From: an uncultured Acidobacteriota bacterium
Lineage (GTDB): Bacteria > Acidobacteriota > UBA6911
NCBI GenBank assembly: GCA_963827655.1
Contig: CAWHCF010000014.1
Location: 1 to 64,000, forward strand
Length of the DNA: 64,000 bases
Direction: 5' to 3'
Numbering within the stretch: the first letter of the stretch is position 1; every line of letters begins with the position of its first letter. Below the pieces are notes generated by a model. That model saw only the letters and a list, made by a program, of their open reading frames with translations. It had not been told where the DNA came from and did not search any database. A program made the translations under genes and the position numbers. Shown here piece after piece: positions 50,553 through 59,966 of this stretch.

Positions 50553-51362
50553 ATGCGAATCGATCCACATAAGTGCGTTGCTTGCGGCAACTGTCTTCCA
50601 ATCTGTCCAGTGGGTGCTATTTACATCGATCCGGCGATCGGACGCGCCACGGTGAACCAGGATCAGTGCGTCGAGTGCTTCACCTGCTTCCGAGGCATGA
50701 GCACGGAGAGTCTGAATCCGACCATGGTTCGAAGCATTCGTAAGATCCTGGGATTCCTTCGCATTCGCTTTGATCCGGAACCGGACGTTTGTCCTACTTC
50801 CGCCATTACTCCCCAGGAACTGGAATGGCCCAGGGTGGTCCGCCGGGCTTTCAGCGATCCGTTGGTGCCGCACGAGTCGACCGGGATTCATGGGCGAGGA
50901 ACGGAAGAAGTAAAGACTAACGACGTCACGAACCGCGTAAGAGAGGGAGAAGCGGGGTTCACGGTTGAGTTCGGGCGGCCTACCATCGGCGCTCGATTCC
51001 GCGAAATAGAGCAAATGACCCGGGCGCTGGCCGGCGAGGGTTTAGCCTTCGAGGAAAAAAATCCCGTGACCCATCTCATGACCGACCGCAGCCAGGGACT
51101 GATTCGAGAAGATATTCTGAACGAACGAGTTCTCTCGGCCATCGTGGAATTCAAGACCACCCTCGATCGCGTCCCTGAGCTATTGCGCAAAATCCGCACG
51201 GTCGCATCAACGCTGGAGACCGTGGTGCTCGTGGGAGTATCGACGCGGTGTGACGCTTCGGGGGACAGCCCGCTCGAGGAAATTCTGCAGCGCGAGGGCT
51301 TCGCGTTCAACCGGGGAAAGACTAACCTTGGGCTCGGCCAGGCTGTGCACCAGGTACACTAA
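50553..51362 (+). CDS. 4Fe-4S dicluster protein with uncharacterised C-terminal domain
   Basis: CVACGNCLPICP and CVECFTC...VCPTSAI; GRGTEEVKTNDVT block. Confidence 0.8.
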   Translation: MRIDPHKCVACGNCLPICPVGAIYIDPAIGRATVNQDQCVECFTCFRGMSTESLNPTMVRSIRKILGFLRIRFDPEPDVCPTSAITPQELEWPRVVRRAFSDPLVPHESTGIHGRGTEEVKTNDVTNRVREGEAGFTVEFGRPTIGARFREIEQMTRALAGEGLAFEEKNPVTHLMTDRSQGLIREDILNERVLSAIVEFKTTLDRVPELLRKIRTVASTLETVVLVGVSTRCDASGDSPLEEILQREGFAFNRGKTNLGLGQAVHQVH

Positions 51363-51374
51363 CTCTTCGAAGAT

Positions 51375-51400
51375 CCTTACCGGCTTTGCGTCTTAGTGGT
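51375..51400 (-). repeat. Octamer tandem repeat half-site
   Basis: CTTACCGG-CTTTGCGT-CTTAGTGG-T. Confidence 0.6.
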
Positions 51401-51428
51401 GATTACAAGAGGAGCATGAGAAACGTCG

Positions 51429-52103
51429 ATGACCAATACCCTCCACCGTTATGGTGACGAACGCAGCTTGAAAGACGATTACATCGTCTTCGCCATTCCG
51501 TCTCGCGGTTACAATGACGCGAACAGCGTCCCCAAGCTCCAGGAGTTTCTTCGTCTCGCCGTGAAACATAAGCCGGTGAATCTCGGCGATGGCTCTCATG
51601 GCGCATTGTTTCGGCCCAATAAAAGGCTGACACCCCTTGCCCATTGGTTTCGCCGGGAAAAATACTCCCATGAAAAAGTCATTAACGGTGTGAAGAATCC
51701 CACGACGGTGGCCGCCGTTTTTAATAACAAGCAAGCCGTTGAAGCATTCGTCGAGGATTTGCGCAAGGCAAACCTCGGCCTTTCCATCAACATCAGCGCC
51801 CTTATCGACAAGGCCCAGGAGTGCTGCCAGGATATCGGCCTGCCTCGGCACAGCGTGGAATACTCTCTCCGCTTCATGGGCAAGACCGATTACCTGGCCG
51901 AGGCCCGCGTCCTCGAGTTGTCCACGATGTGCGGCCACGGCATGATCTCGTTCAACTTTGCCCGCAAGATGCTCGATTGGGTGAAGGGAGGACGGAGGTC
52001 ACCCGAGCAGGCGAGTGAATATCTGAGCCGTTTCTGTACCTGCGGCGTCTATAATCCCTGCCGGGCCGTTGAGATTCTGCAGCAGGCACAAAAAGGGCAT
52101 TGA
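51429..52103 (+). CDS. Hypothetical Cys-motif protein partnered with the 4Fe-4S protein
   Basis: ECC...HS, TMCGHGMIS, CTCGVYNP motifs. Confidence 0.75.
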   Translation: MTNTLHRYGDERSLKDDYIVFAIPSRGYNDANSVPKLQEFLRLAVKHKPVNLGDGSHGALFRPNKRLTPLAHWFRREKYSHEKVINGVKNPTTVAAVFNNKQAVEAFVEDLRKANLGLSINISALIDKAQECCQDIGLPRHSVEYSLRFMGKTDYLAEARVLELSTMCGHGMISFNFARKMLDWVKGGRRSPEQASEYLSRFCTCGVYNPCRAVEILQQAQKGH

Positions 52104-52141
52104 ACTGAATTAGACCTGGCCCGCAGTTTTTCACCTTCTTC

Positions 52142-55100
52142 ATGGTGTTCATGAATCCAACCCGACGTCGTTGTTTGTTTCTATTCTCTCTATTCCTTCC
52201 AGCTCTGGCTCTCGCCGCGGAACAACAGATCGATGTCCGCCGAAGCGAGGCGCGCGCGGGAGATGACACTGCGGGCGCGCGCCGGACCGCGCAGTTACTC
52301 GAGCGCGCCGCGAGCCGGCTGGGGGCCGGAATAGAGACTTCGCTGGATGATGCGGGAAGCCTCCGGGCTTTCGCCCGTCATTCGCCTCCGCTCTCGCGGC
52401 CCGATGCGCGCGATGCGCAGACGGTGGCGCGCGAGTTTGTCGCCGCCAATCGCGACCTGCTGGACCTCGATCCGACCTGGATAAACAACCTCGAGTTGGT
52501 GGCTGAAGACAGGTCCGGGCCCAACCAGCTCTTGAAGTTCCGCCAGCAGTGGGACGGCATCCCGGTGTTTCAAAGCAACCTCCGGATTCACGTGTCTCCG
52601 GCCGGAGAAATCGTCGAGCTGCAGTTTCATCTGGAAAGGTCGCGCATCCAGTCCGAGCGCGCTACTCTGAGTACTTCGATTCCCTCCGAGCAGGCGATCC
52701 GCGCCGCCGCCTCGGGCCTTGAGCCTGAGCTGCGCGAGCTCCGGATAAACGTTGTTGTGTCCGCGCAAGGTTCGCGTCACCGGACCGAGTTGCGGTTTGG
52801 ACCGCGCGCCGACGAAGTCATAGCGCAGTGGGTGTGGTTCCCGGTCGGCGCCGAGCTGCGCCTGGCCTGGCTGTTCGACGCGGTATCGGTAGATGGGGAA
52901 ACCTATTACGAATGCGTCGTCGATGCCAACAACGGCGCGCTTCTCTATCGCCACTCGATCACCGATTCGGAAAACAGCAGGCTGGGTTTTCGACGGCGCC
53001 AACCCCCAGCCCAGCGCAACCCCGGGGGTGCTCCCGCCGGTCCCCAACCCGCCCGGCATTGTCGCGCGCAAGACTGTTTCGTTCGCGGGCGATCCTGCCG
53101 CCTCGCCTCAGGGCTGGGTCGGAGCCACGGGTGAAACCATTGGTAACAACGTAATCGCGCGCGAGGACCGCAGAGGCGACAACGAAGTCACGCTCGGGGC
53201 GACGGCTCGGGGAACGGCCGATGGTTCCAATCTGCTGTTCAACTTCGACCTTGAACTTGGTCCCGACGCGCCCTCGCCCCTGAACTTTACCAACGCCGCC
53301 GTCACGAGCCTGTTCTATTGGTGCAACGTGATGCACGACTACTTCTACGGCCTGGGATTCACCGAGGCGGCGGGAAACTTCCAGGAAGACAATTTCGGAA
53401 GGGGCGGGCTGGGCCTGGATTCGCTGCGGGCCGACGCGCAAGACAACAGCGAAGGAAACCCCCCCATCACGGAACAACGCCAACTTCAGCACGCCTCTCG
53501 ACGGCTCCAGACCGCGCATGCAGATGTATCTCTGGGGAAATCCGGGTGGCCCCTTCGTCGACAGCGATTTCGACGCCGAAGTCATTATTCACGAGTACAC
53601 GCACGGGGTTTTTCGCCGCCTGGCTCCCGCCGCAGGAGGCTCGCAGTGGGCCGCCATGAACGAGGGCAACAGCGATTTCTTCGCGCTCAATTACCTGACC
53701 CCGCCGCAGGCTTCCCCGGACGGCGACTTCACGGCCGGAAGTTACTCGAATCGTAATTTTACGCGCGGCATACGCACGCGTCCTTTTTCTACCAAGGTTT
53801 CCGTGAACGACCTGAGTTACGCCGATTACGGCCGGGTGATCAGCGGACCCGAGGTCCACGCCGACGGCGAGATCTGGGTGCAGGCGATGTGGGAGCTTCG
53901 CTCGCGCCTGGTCAAGCGCTTTGGCTACAACGAAGGCCGGCGGCGCGTCGCCCAGCTGATGATCGACGCGATGAAGCGCGCTCCGGCAAATGCGTCGTAT
54001 GTCGACATGCGTGATGCCCTCGTGGCCGCGGATCGCGCGAACCACGCCGGAGAAGACGTCAATGCCATCTGGGAGTCGTTTGCCCGCCGGGGGCTGGGCT
54101 ACATGGCTGCGACGAACAACGGGTCCAGCGTGAGAGTCCTGCCTTCTCAGGACCTCCCTTCCCCCCTGGGCAAGGTCCGCTTCTTTGAAAGCGTTTACTA
54201 TGACGGTGAGCCATTGCGGATTTACGTCGGTGATGAGAACAATCCCGATGCCAGCGTTTCGTTACGCGTGGAAACCAGCAGCGGCGACCGGGAGACACTG
54301 GCTCTCCCGCGTGCCGGCTCTACCTACCGGGTGACTTTGACTCCCGCCGCGGGCGCCCTCGCCCCGGGGGACGGCCGGCTTCAGCTTGGTCCGGGTGAGA
54401 TCGTGCGCGCGACTTATCTGGATTCGAATGACGGCACCGGCACGCCCCGCGAAATTGTGAGTCAGGTGGCGGTGCGGCCCGCGTACAGCATGCAGCTCGA
54501 GGGAAGCAGCTTTCCGTTGGCGACGGAGACTCCTCTCGATTTGAGAGGAGACAATGCCGCCCGCACCATCGAACTTCCTTTCGGCTTTCCCTTTTATTCC
54601 CGCCTGGTGACCTCGATCTGGATCACGACCAACGGCCTCATTACCATCGGACACGCGAATCCCGGCGGCGGAAATTCACAGACCACGTTGAACTCCTATG
54701 CTGCCATCGCCCCGCTATGGGATGACCTGCGCACCGATGGGAGCGCGCAGCCGGGAGAAGACATTTACATGTCACGTCCCTCTCCCGACAGCATCCGGTT
54801 TCGCTGGATAGCTGAAAGCCTGAGGCCGGGTTCGCCCAACGGAGATCCAGTCAACTTCGCGGTAACACTATTTGAAAACGGGAATATCGTTTTTCACTAC
54901 GGGTCCGGAAACCGAGGCGTGACTCCTACGGTCGGACTCTCGCGCGGCACCGAAACTTTCATGCAGATCGTGCCCAGCCACTCCAGCACCGGGGGAATCT
55001 CCCTGGAGAACGCCCAGACCGTGATCTGGAGCTTTCCCGGAGCGGACTTCACCACGACGATCTTTCCGTTTTTCCGCGGAAACGCCGCCCAGTTTACCGG

Positions 55101-56414
55101 TTATGCCGCAGCGAACTACGCCTCGACCGAAACGGATATCCTCTTCACCGCGCGAAACGACGCGGGCCAGCCCGTGAGCCCGAGGGCGGCATCGCTGACT
55201 GCAGGTGCCCAGCTCGCGCAAACGGGCGAACAGATTACCGGTGTGCCCTCGGCTCCGGACCGTGAAGGCTGGATCGAGGCGCGCGCCACGAGCAGCCGGG
55301 TCGCGATGTTTTATCTCTATGGAGACATCAACCAGAACTATCTGGATGGCGCGCTGGCTTCGTCAAGACCGGGCCGAGACCTGGTCTTCAGCCGGATCCA
55401 AGTCGGATCGGCCACGGCTTCCGGCAAAGCAGCCCAGACTTCGCTCTTTCTGGTCAATCACTCAAACAGTCCGGCAAACATCGAGATCAAGTGGCATGAC
55501 TCCACGGGGGCGCCGGCAAGCTCGGTAGCGCGAACCATTCCGGCTCGAGGCCGTCTGAACGCGCCGCTGGCCAGTCTGTTTTCGTTCTTTCCTTCTTCCC
55601 TCGACACCGGCTATATCCGCGCGACATCGGATACGAACATCGCAGGCGTCGAAATCGTGGAGATGGGCGATACGGTATACATGGTTCCCGGCCAGGAACC
55701 CTCGGTGGCCACAACCCTCTACGCGGCCCATTTCGCCAGTGGCGGGCTGGGAGGAATTCAGTATTTTACCGATGTGAACTTGATCAACACGTCCAGCTCT
55801 ACGCGGAGTATTTCCGTTTCATTGCTCGGCAACGACGGCGCGCCGGTCGCCGGTCCAGGGCTGGTTAACCCTTACAGGACGTCTCTTGCGCCCGGGGCTC
55901 AGCTCCGTATTCGCGGGGACAGGCTGTTCGCCATGCCCGATCCGGCTGGAAGCAGCACTTTCTACGAGGGCTCGCTGGTGGTCACGGCCAGTGGCGCGGG
56001 AATTGTCGGAGATATCACTTTCGGCGATGCGATAAACCAGAGGTTCGCGGCCAGTCTCCCGCTGGATGGCACGCTGCTGTCCGACACACTCCTTGCGCAG
56101 GTGGCCGAGGGAAGTACCGGAGCCGGCAAACCCTACTTCACCGGCATCGCTCTCCATAATCCCAACCCAGGGAATGTCGAGATACTCGTCCAGGCCTATA
56201 GCCAGCGGGGCATCCTGACCGGAAGTTCCAGCTTCACGATGGGCGGGGGAACCCGTCTGGCGCGCACGCTGGCCCAATTGATGAACGGCTTCGGGCAGAT
56301 TGGCGGATACGTACGGATCAGTTCCAAGGGAGGCCCGATCACAACCTTTGGCGTTTACGGCGACTCTTCACTCGACTCGCTGGTTGCAGTATTGCCACAC
56401 CCCGTCTCCCATAG
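52142..56414 (+). CDS. Secreted M36 (fungalysin) metallopeptidase with FTP propeptide and beta-rich C-terminal domains (2-3 frameshifts)
   Basis: FRQQWDGIPVF propeptide, GFTEAAGNFQ, NNANFSTP.DGSRPRMQMYLW, HEYTH, NEGNSD, EVHADGEIW across three ORFs. True end probably TAG 56412-56414. Confidence 0.82.
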
Positions 56415-56646
56415 GGTTCGCGCAGAAATAAGTTCGCATTCTGCTGCAGGCCCCCAGGCCCGATGGCGAGGCGCGAGCGACGATGCGTACCCGGTGCGGT
56501 ACGTGAGGAGCGAGCAACAAAGCCAGCGGGCCTGCGGGCCGCAGCCCGAAGGGGCGCGAGCCTCAGGGTCCCTTGCGAACAGAAACCGGTTCATGATTGA
56601 TCACCGACCCTCGCGCCAGAATGTGAAGTTATTTCTGCGCGAGCCC
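56414..56646. mobile_element. MITE copy 2 (233 bp, opposite orientation, extra internal hairpin)
   Basis: Same ~30-bp TIRs as 18899-19038; flanks ATA/TTA; extra ~93 bp bounded by CAGGCCCGATGGC / GCCAGCGGGCCTG. Confidence 0.82.
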
Positions 56647-56696
56647 TTAGGTTCCCGCTCTACACTTTCCTTTGGGTCTTGGCGGTTCGCCGCAAT

Positions 56697-58202
56697 TCAC
56701 TCTTCCAGACGTGAAGCCAGCACACGCTCGAGGCGATTGGGATCGCGACGCAGATGCACGGTCTTGCCGCGCCGCACATAAACCAGGCCTGGCTTTGCTC
56801 CGGTCGGTTTCTTGACATCTTTGACTGCGGCCACGTGCACGTCGGCGCGGTTCGACTCTCTTTGCCTCGAGAAGTGAACCGCCAGTTCACAGGCATCGAG
56901 TAGCGACTCCGAGGGGGGATCCTCACGCCCTTCGGTGCGCAGTATCACGTGACTGCCAGGCGAGCCCTCCAGATGAAAGAAAAGATCCTTGCCGCGGGCA
57001 AGCCGCGTTGTCAAATAGTCGTTCCCCTCATCGTTCCGGCCCACCCAGATCTCGAAACCGTCGGCCGTCCGGTAACGCTTCGGCCGAAGCCGGCTGGGGA
57101 ATCGTTTCTCGCCGGCGCCTTTCGGAACCGCCGCCGCCTGGGATTTCGGGGCAGGGGAATGCCTGGCCAACAATCTCTTAACCCGACTCCGCGAGGCAAA
57201 TGCGCGAAGCGTCTGAAAGTCGGATCTCCTATTGATAAGCGACTCAAGCTCGGCGTGAAGCTCCGCCAGATCTTCTTGCTCGCGCCGAACCATTTCGAGC
57301 TGGCGCTCCAACTCGAGCTTTCTTCTCCCTTCTTTGCGATAGCGTGTGAAATACAATTCCAGATTGCCGGTCCCGGAGAGGGTCGGATCGAGCGCAATCG
57401 TTATCTGCTCGCCAGTCGCATGATCAAGGGCCTGCACGGCGCTGGCACCCGGTTCAACATTCTGCACAACTCCCTTGAGCAACTCTCCAAGCCGCTGGTA
57501 GCTGGCTGCATCGGTTGCCGCGCGGCGATCGCTGTCAAGATTCGCACCCTTCCGTTCCAGAAAATCGGACTCCCGGGAGATAGCGCGCTGGACCCTGCGT
57601 GACAGCTCGTCGCATTCCCTCTCCTGTTCCAGCTGCCGGTAGGTCCGTTCAATCGCTTCGAGATAGTGGTCGGCGGATGTGTCTTCCCACCGGTCAACTC
57701 CAGCGGTCCGGAGGGACGAAACCGGGTTGGTCCAGAGGTCTCCGATGGCAAGTTCGCGCCGTGTTTCCTCGAGGGGGCGCATCGAATACAGTAACTTACC
57801 CGCGCGGCTCAGCAGATAGATATTGCTGCGCGAACCGAGTATTGAAAGCAGGATCTCGAAACCACCTCCCTGCGTTATGACCCCGATTCCAGCCTGCCGG
57901 TCGTCGCCGATGACTCGCGTCCCGCCAAAACGCGCGCGTCCGAGATGGGCGCGCAAGTACTGGGCGAACAAGCGCGGGAGCCGCTGGGTAGCGATCGCGT
58001 CTTCCAATATGGAAATGCGCGCAAAGTCGGGCCTGCACGATAGCAGGACATGGTCCGCCCGGGTTTTTGGTTTTTCGCCAGGTCGACGAAATGTGAGAAC
58101 CAGGCTGAAGTCATCCGGCTGGACGATCTGATGAAGAATGGCGTCCGCGAATCTAATCTCCAGCACGTGTATGGCACGGCGCAGTTCGGTCAGGCTTAAC
58201 AT
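56697..58202 (-). CDS. NFACT/Rqc2 (RqcH, FbpA-like) ribosome quality-control protein
   Basis: NFACT-N (DRQ..SNIYLL), coiled coil, IWVGRN..GND.LT, FFH..GSPGSHVIL, KKP.GAKPG.V. Confidence 0.85.
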   Translation of the reverse strand: MLSLTELRRAIHVLEIRFADAILHQIVQPDDFSLVLTFRRPGEKPKTRADHVLLSCRPDFARISILEDAIATQRLPRLFAQYLRAHLGRARFGGTRVIGDDRQAGIGVITQGGGFEILLSILGSRSNIYLLSRAGKLLYSMRPLEETRRELAIGDLWTNPVSSLRTAGVDRWEDTSADHYLEAIERTYRQLEQERECDELSRRVQRAISRESDFLERKGANLDSDRRAATDAASYQRLGELLKGVVQNVEPGASAVQALDHATGEQITIALDPTLSGTGNLELYFTRYRKEGRRKLELERQLEMVRREQEDLAELHAELESLINRRSDFQTLRAFASRSRVKRLLARHSPAPKSQAAAVPKGAGEKRFPSRLRPKRYRTADGFEIWVGRNDEGNDYLTTRLARGKDLFFHLEGSPGSHVILRTEGREDPPSESLLDACELAVHFSRQRESNRADVHVAAVKDVKKPTGAKPGLVYVRRGKTVHLRRDPNRLERVLASRLEE

Positions 58203-58315
58203 CGCGATATCGCTGTCTTCTCATTATTGCACATGTTCACGCTGACAGCTGACAGCTGCGCCTTAGTGGTTGCCTTCTTCGAATGATTTGCGGATGATCG
58301 GTGCAGGAGATCCTG

Positions 58316-59614
58316 GTGACCATTACGATAACAGATGTTCTGATCCGAGATATCCGGTTCCCAACTTCGCGCGCGCTCGATGGCTCCGATGCCATGAACC
58401 CGGATCCGGACTACTCGGCTGCGTACGTGATCCTGCGCACCGACCGGGAGGGACTCGAAGGACACGGGCTGACTTTTACCATCGGTCGCGGCAATGACCT
58501 GTGCGTCGAGGCCGCAAAGGCGCTCGCGCCGTTGATCCGGGGCAAGACGCTCGAGTCGTTGACCGGCGGCATGGGACAGTTCTGGGAGATGATCACGGGA
58601 GACAGTCAACTAAGGTGGGTCGGACCGGAAAAAGGGGTGATTCACCTTGCCACGGCGGCGATCGTGAATGCCGTGTGGGACCTCTTCGCCAAGTCCGAAA
58701 GCAAACCACTATGGAAGCTGCTGGTCGACATGAAGCCCGAGCAACTGGTCTCGTGCGTTCCATTCCGGTACATCACAGACGCGCTGACCCCGGAAGAGGC
58801 GCTCGAGATCCTGCGCCGCAACCAGCCCACAAAGGAGCGCCGCGAAGCCGAGATGCGGCGCCAGGGTTTTCCGGCCTACACCACCTCGGTCGGCTGGCTC
58901 GGCTACTCCGACGAAAAGGTTCGGCGCCTGCTGCGGGAAGCGCTAGGCCACGGTTGGACGCACTTCAAGATGAAAGTGGGTCGCAACCTCGAGGATGATG
59001 CGCGACGGGCAAAACTCATCCGGGAGGAGATTGGCCCGGAGCGCAAACTCATGATGGATGCCAATCAGGTCTGGAGCGTTAGTGAAGCCATTGCCTGGAT
59101 GCGGGAACTGGCGAAGTTCGAACCCTACTGGATCGAGGAGCCGACCAGCCCGGACGACGTGCTGGGCCATCGCGCGATCGCGCAGGCTATCGCGCCGATC
59201 GGCGTCGCGACCGGCGAACACTGCCACAACCGGATCATGTTCAAGCAGTTTCTCCAGGCCGGCGCTCTACGCTTCTGCCAGATCGATAGCTGCCGGCTGG
59301 GCGGTGTAAACGAGGTGCTTGCCGTCCTGCTGCTGGCCGCGAAATTCGGCGTTCCGGTTTGCCCGCACGCGGGGGGTGTCGGCCTGTGCGAATACGTGCA
59401 GCATCTGGCAATTTTTGACTACATCTGCGTCGGCGCGTCGCTCGAGCATCGCGTCCTGGAGTACGTGGACCACCTGCACGAACATTTCGTCGAGCCGGTG
59501 GTCATGCGCGACGCTCACTACATGCCGCCGGCCGCGCCGGGATACAGCATCACGATGAAACCGGAATCACTGGCCCGCTACGAATTCCCGGATGGTCCGG
59601 CGTGGAGGTCCTAG
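58316..59614 (+). CDS. L-fuconate dehydratase (enolase superfamily, ENOSF1/rTS-like)
   Basis: DIRFPTS..LDGSDAMNPDPDYSAAYV, FKMKVG, MMDANQ, WIEEPTSPDD, ATGEH, CPHAGGVGLCE; GTG start after AGGAG. Confidence 0.9.
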   Translation: MTITITDVLIRDIRFPTSRALDGSDAMNPDPDYSAAYVILRTDREGLEGHGLTFTIGRGNDLCVEAAKALAPLIRGKTLESLTGGMGQFWEMITGDSQLRWVGPEKGVIHLATAAIVNAVWDLFAKSESKPLWKLLVDMKPEQLVSCVPFRYITDALTPEEALEILRRNQPTKERREAEMRRQGFPAYTTSVGWLGYSDEKVRRLLREALGHGWTHFKMKVGRNLEDDARRAKLIREEIGPERKLMMDANQVWSVSEAIAWMRELAKFEPYWIEEPTSPDDVLGHRAIAQAIAPIGVATGEHCHNRIMFKQFLQAGALRFCQIDSCRLGGVNEVLAVLLLAAKFGVPVCPHAGGVGLCEYVQHLAIFDYICVGASLEHRVLEYVDHLHEHFVEPVVMRDAHYMPPAAPGYSITMKPESLARYEFPDGPAWRS

Positions 59615-59678
59615 CGCTTCTTTCGCGTCTTGCGCTTTCCCTGGAGTGCGTCAACCTTGCCTGCGCCTTAGTTTGGCG

Positions 59679-59966
59679 AAGGCGGGATCTCAGAACTCGC
59701 AGCCAGGTCATAGTTCCTCACTCGTCACCAGGCACTGGTATGTCATATCTCCACGCCGCCGCCGGTCGACCTCGAACTTGCTTTTCCGGAACGGCGCAGC
59801 ACTCGATACTGATCACTCGCATCTCAGCGCACCATGGGATTCAGCCTTCTTCCTCTTACTCGTATCGGAGGGCCGTCATTGGATCGATCTTCGCCGCGCG
59901 TCGGGCGGGCAGCCAACAAGCAAGCAAAGCCACCAAGGCCAGCAGCAGCGTGACACCGACAAACGT
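59679..59966. repeat. ~290-bp direct repeat copy 1 (permease 3' end + spacer + permease 5' start)
   Basis: Closely matches 62487-62768; includes a dead-end ATG ACC TGG CTG CGA GTT (MTWLRVLRSRL) at 59711 on the minus strand. Confidence 0.88.

Noticed and set aside
50543-50571. Third copy of the ECF promoter motif (GTGAAACA...)
   Set aside because: The second box and spacing do not match, and it overlaps a stop codon and the next start.
56415-56781. C-terminal extension of the M36 peptidase through the MITE
   Set aside because: The extension is translated MITE sequence overlapping the convergent gene; a one-base indel before TAG 56412-56414 is the simpler explanation.
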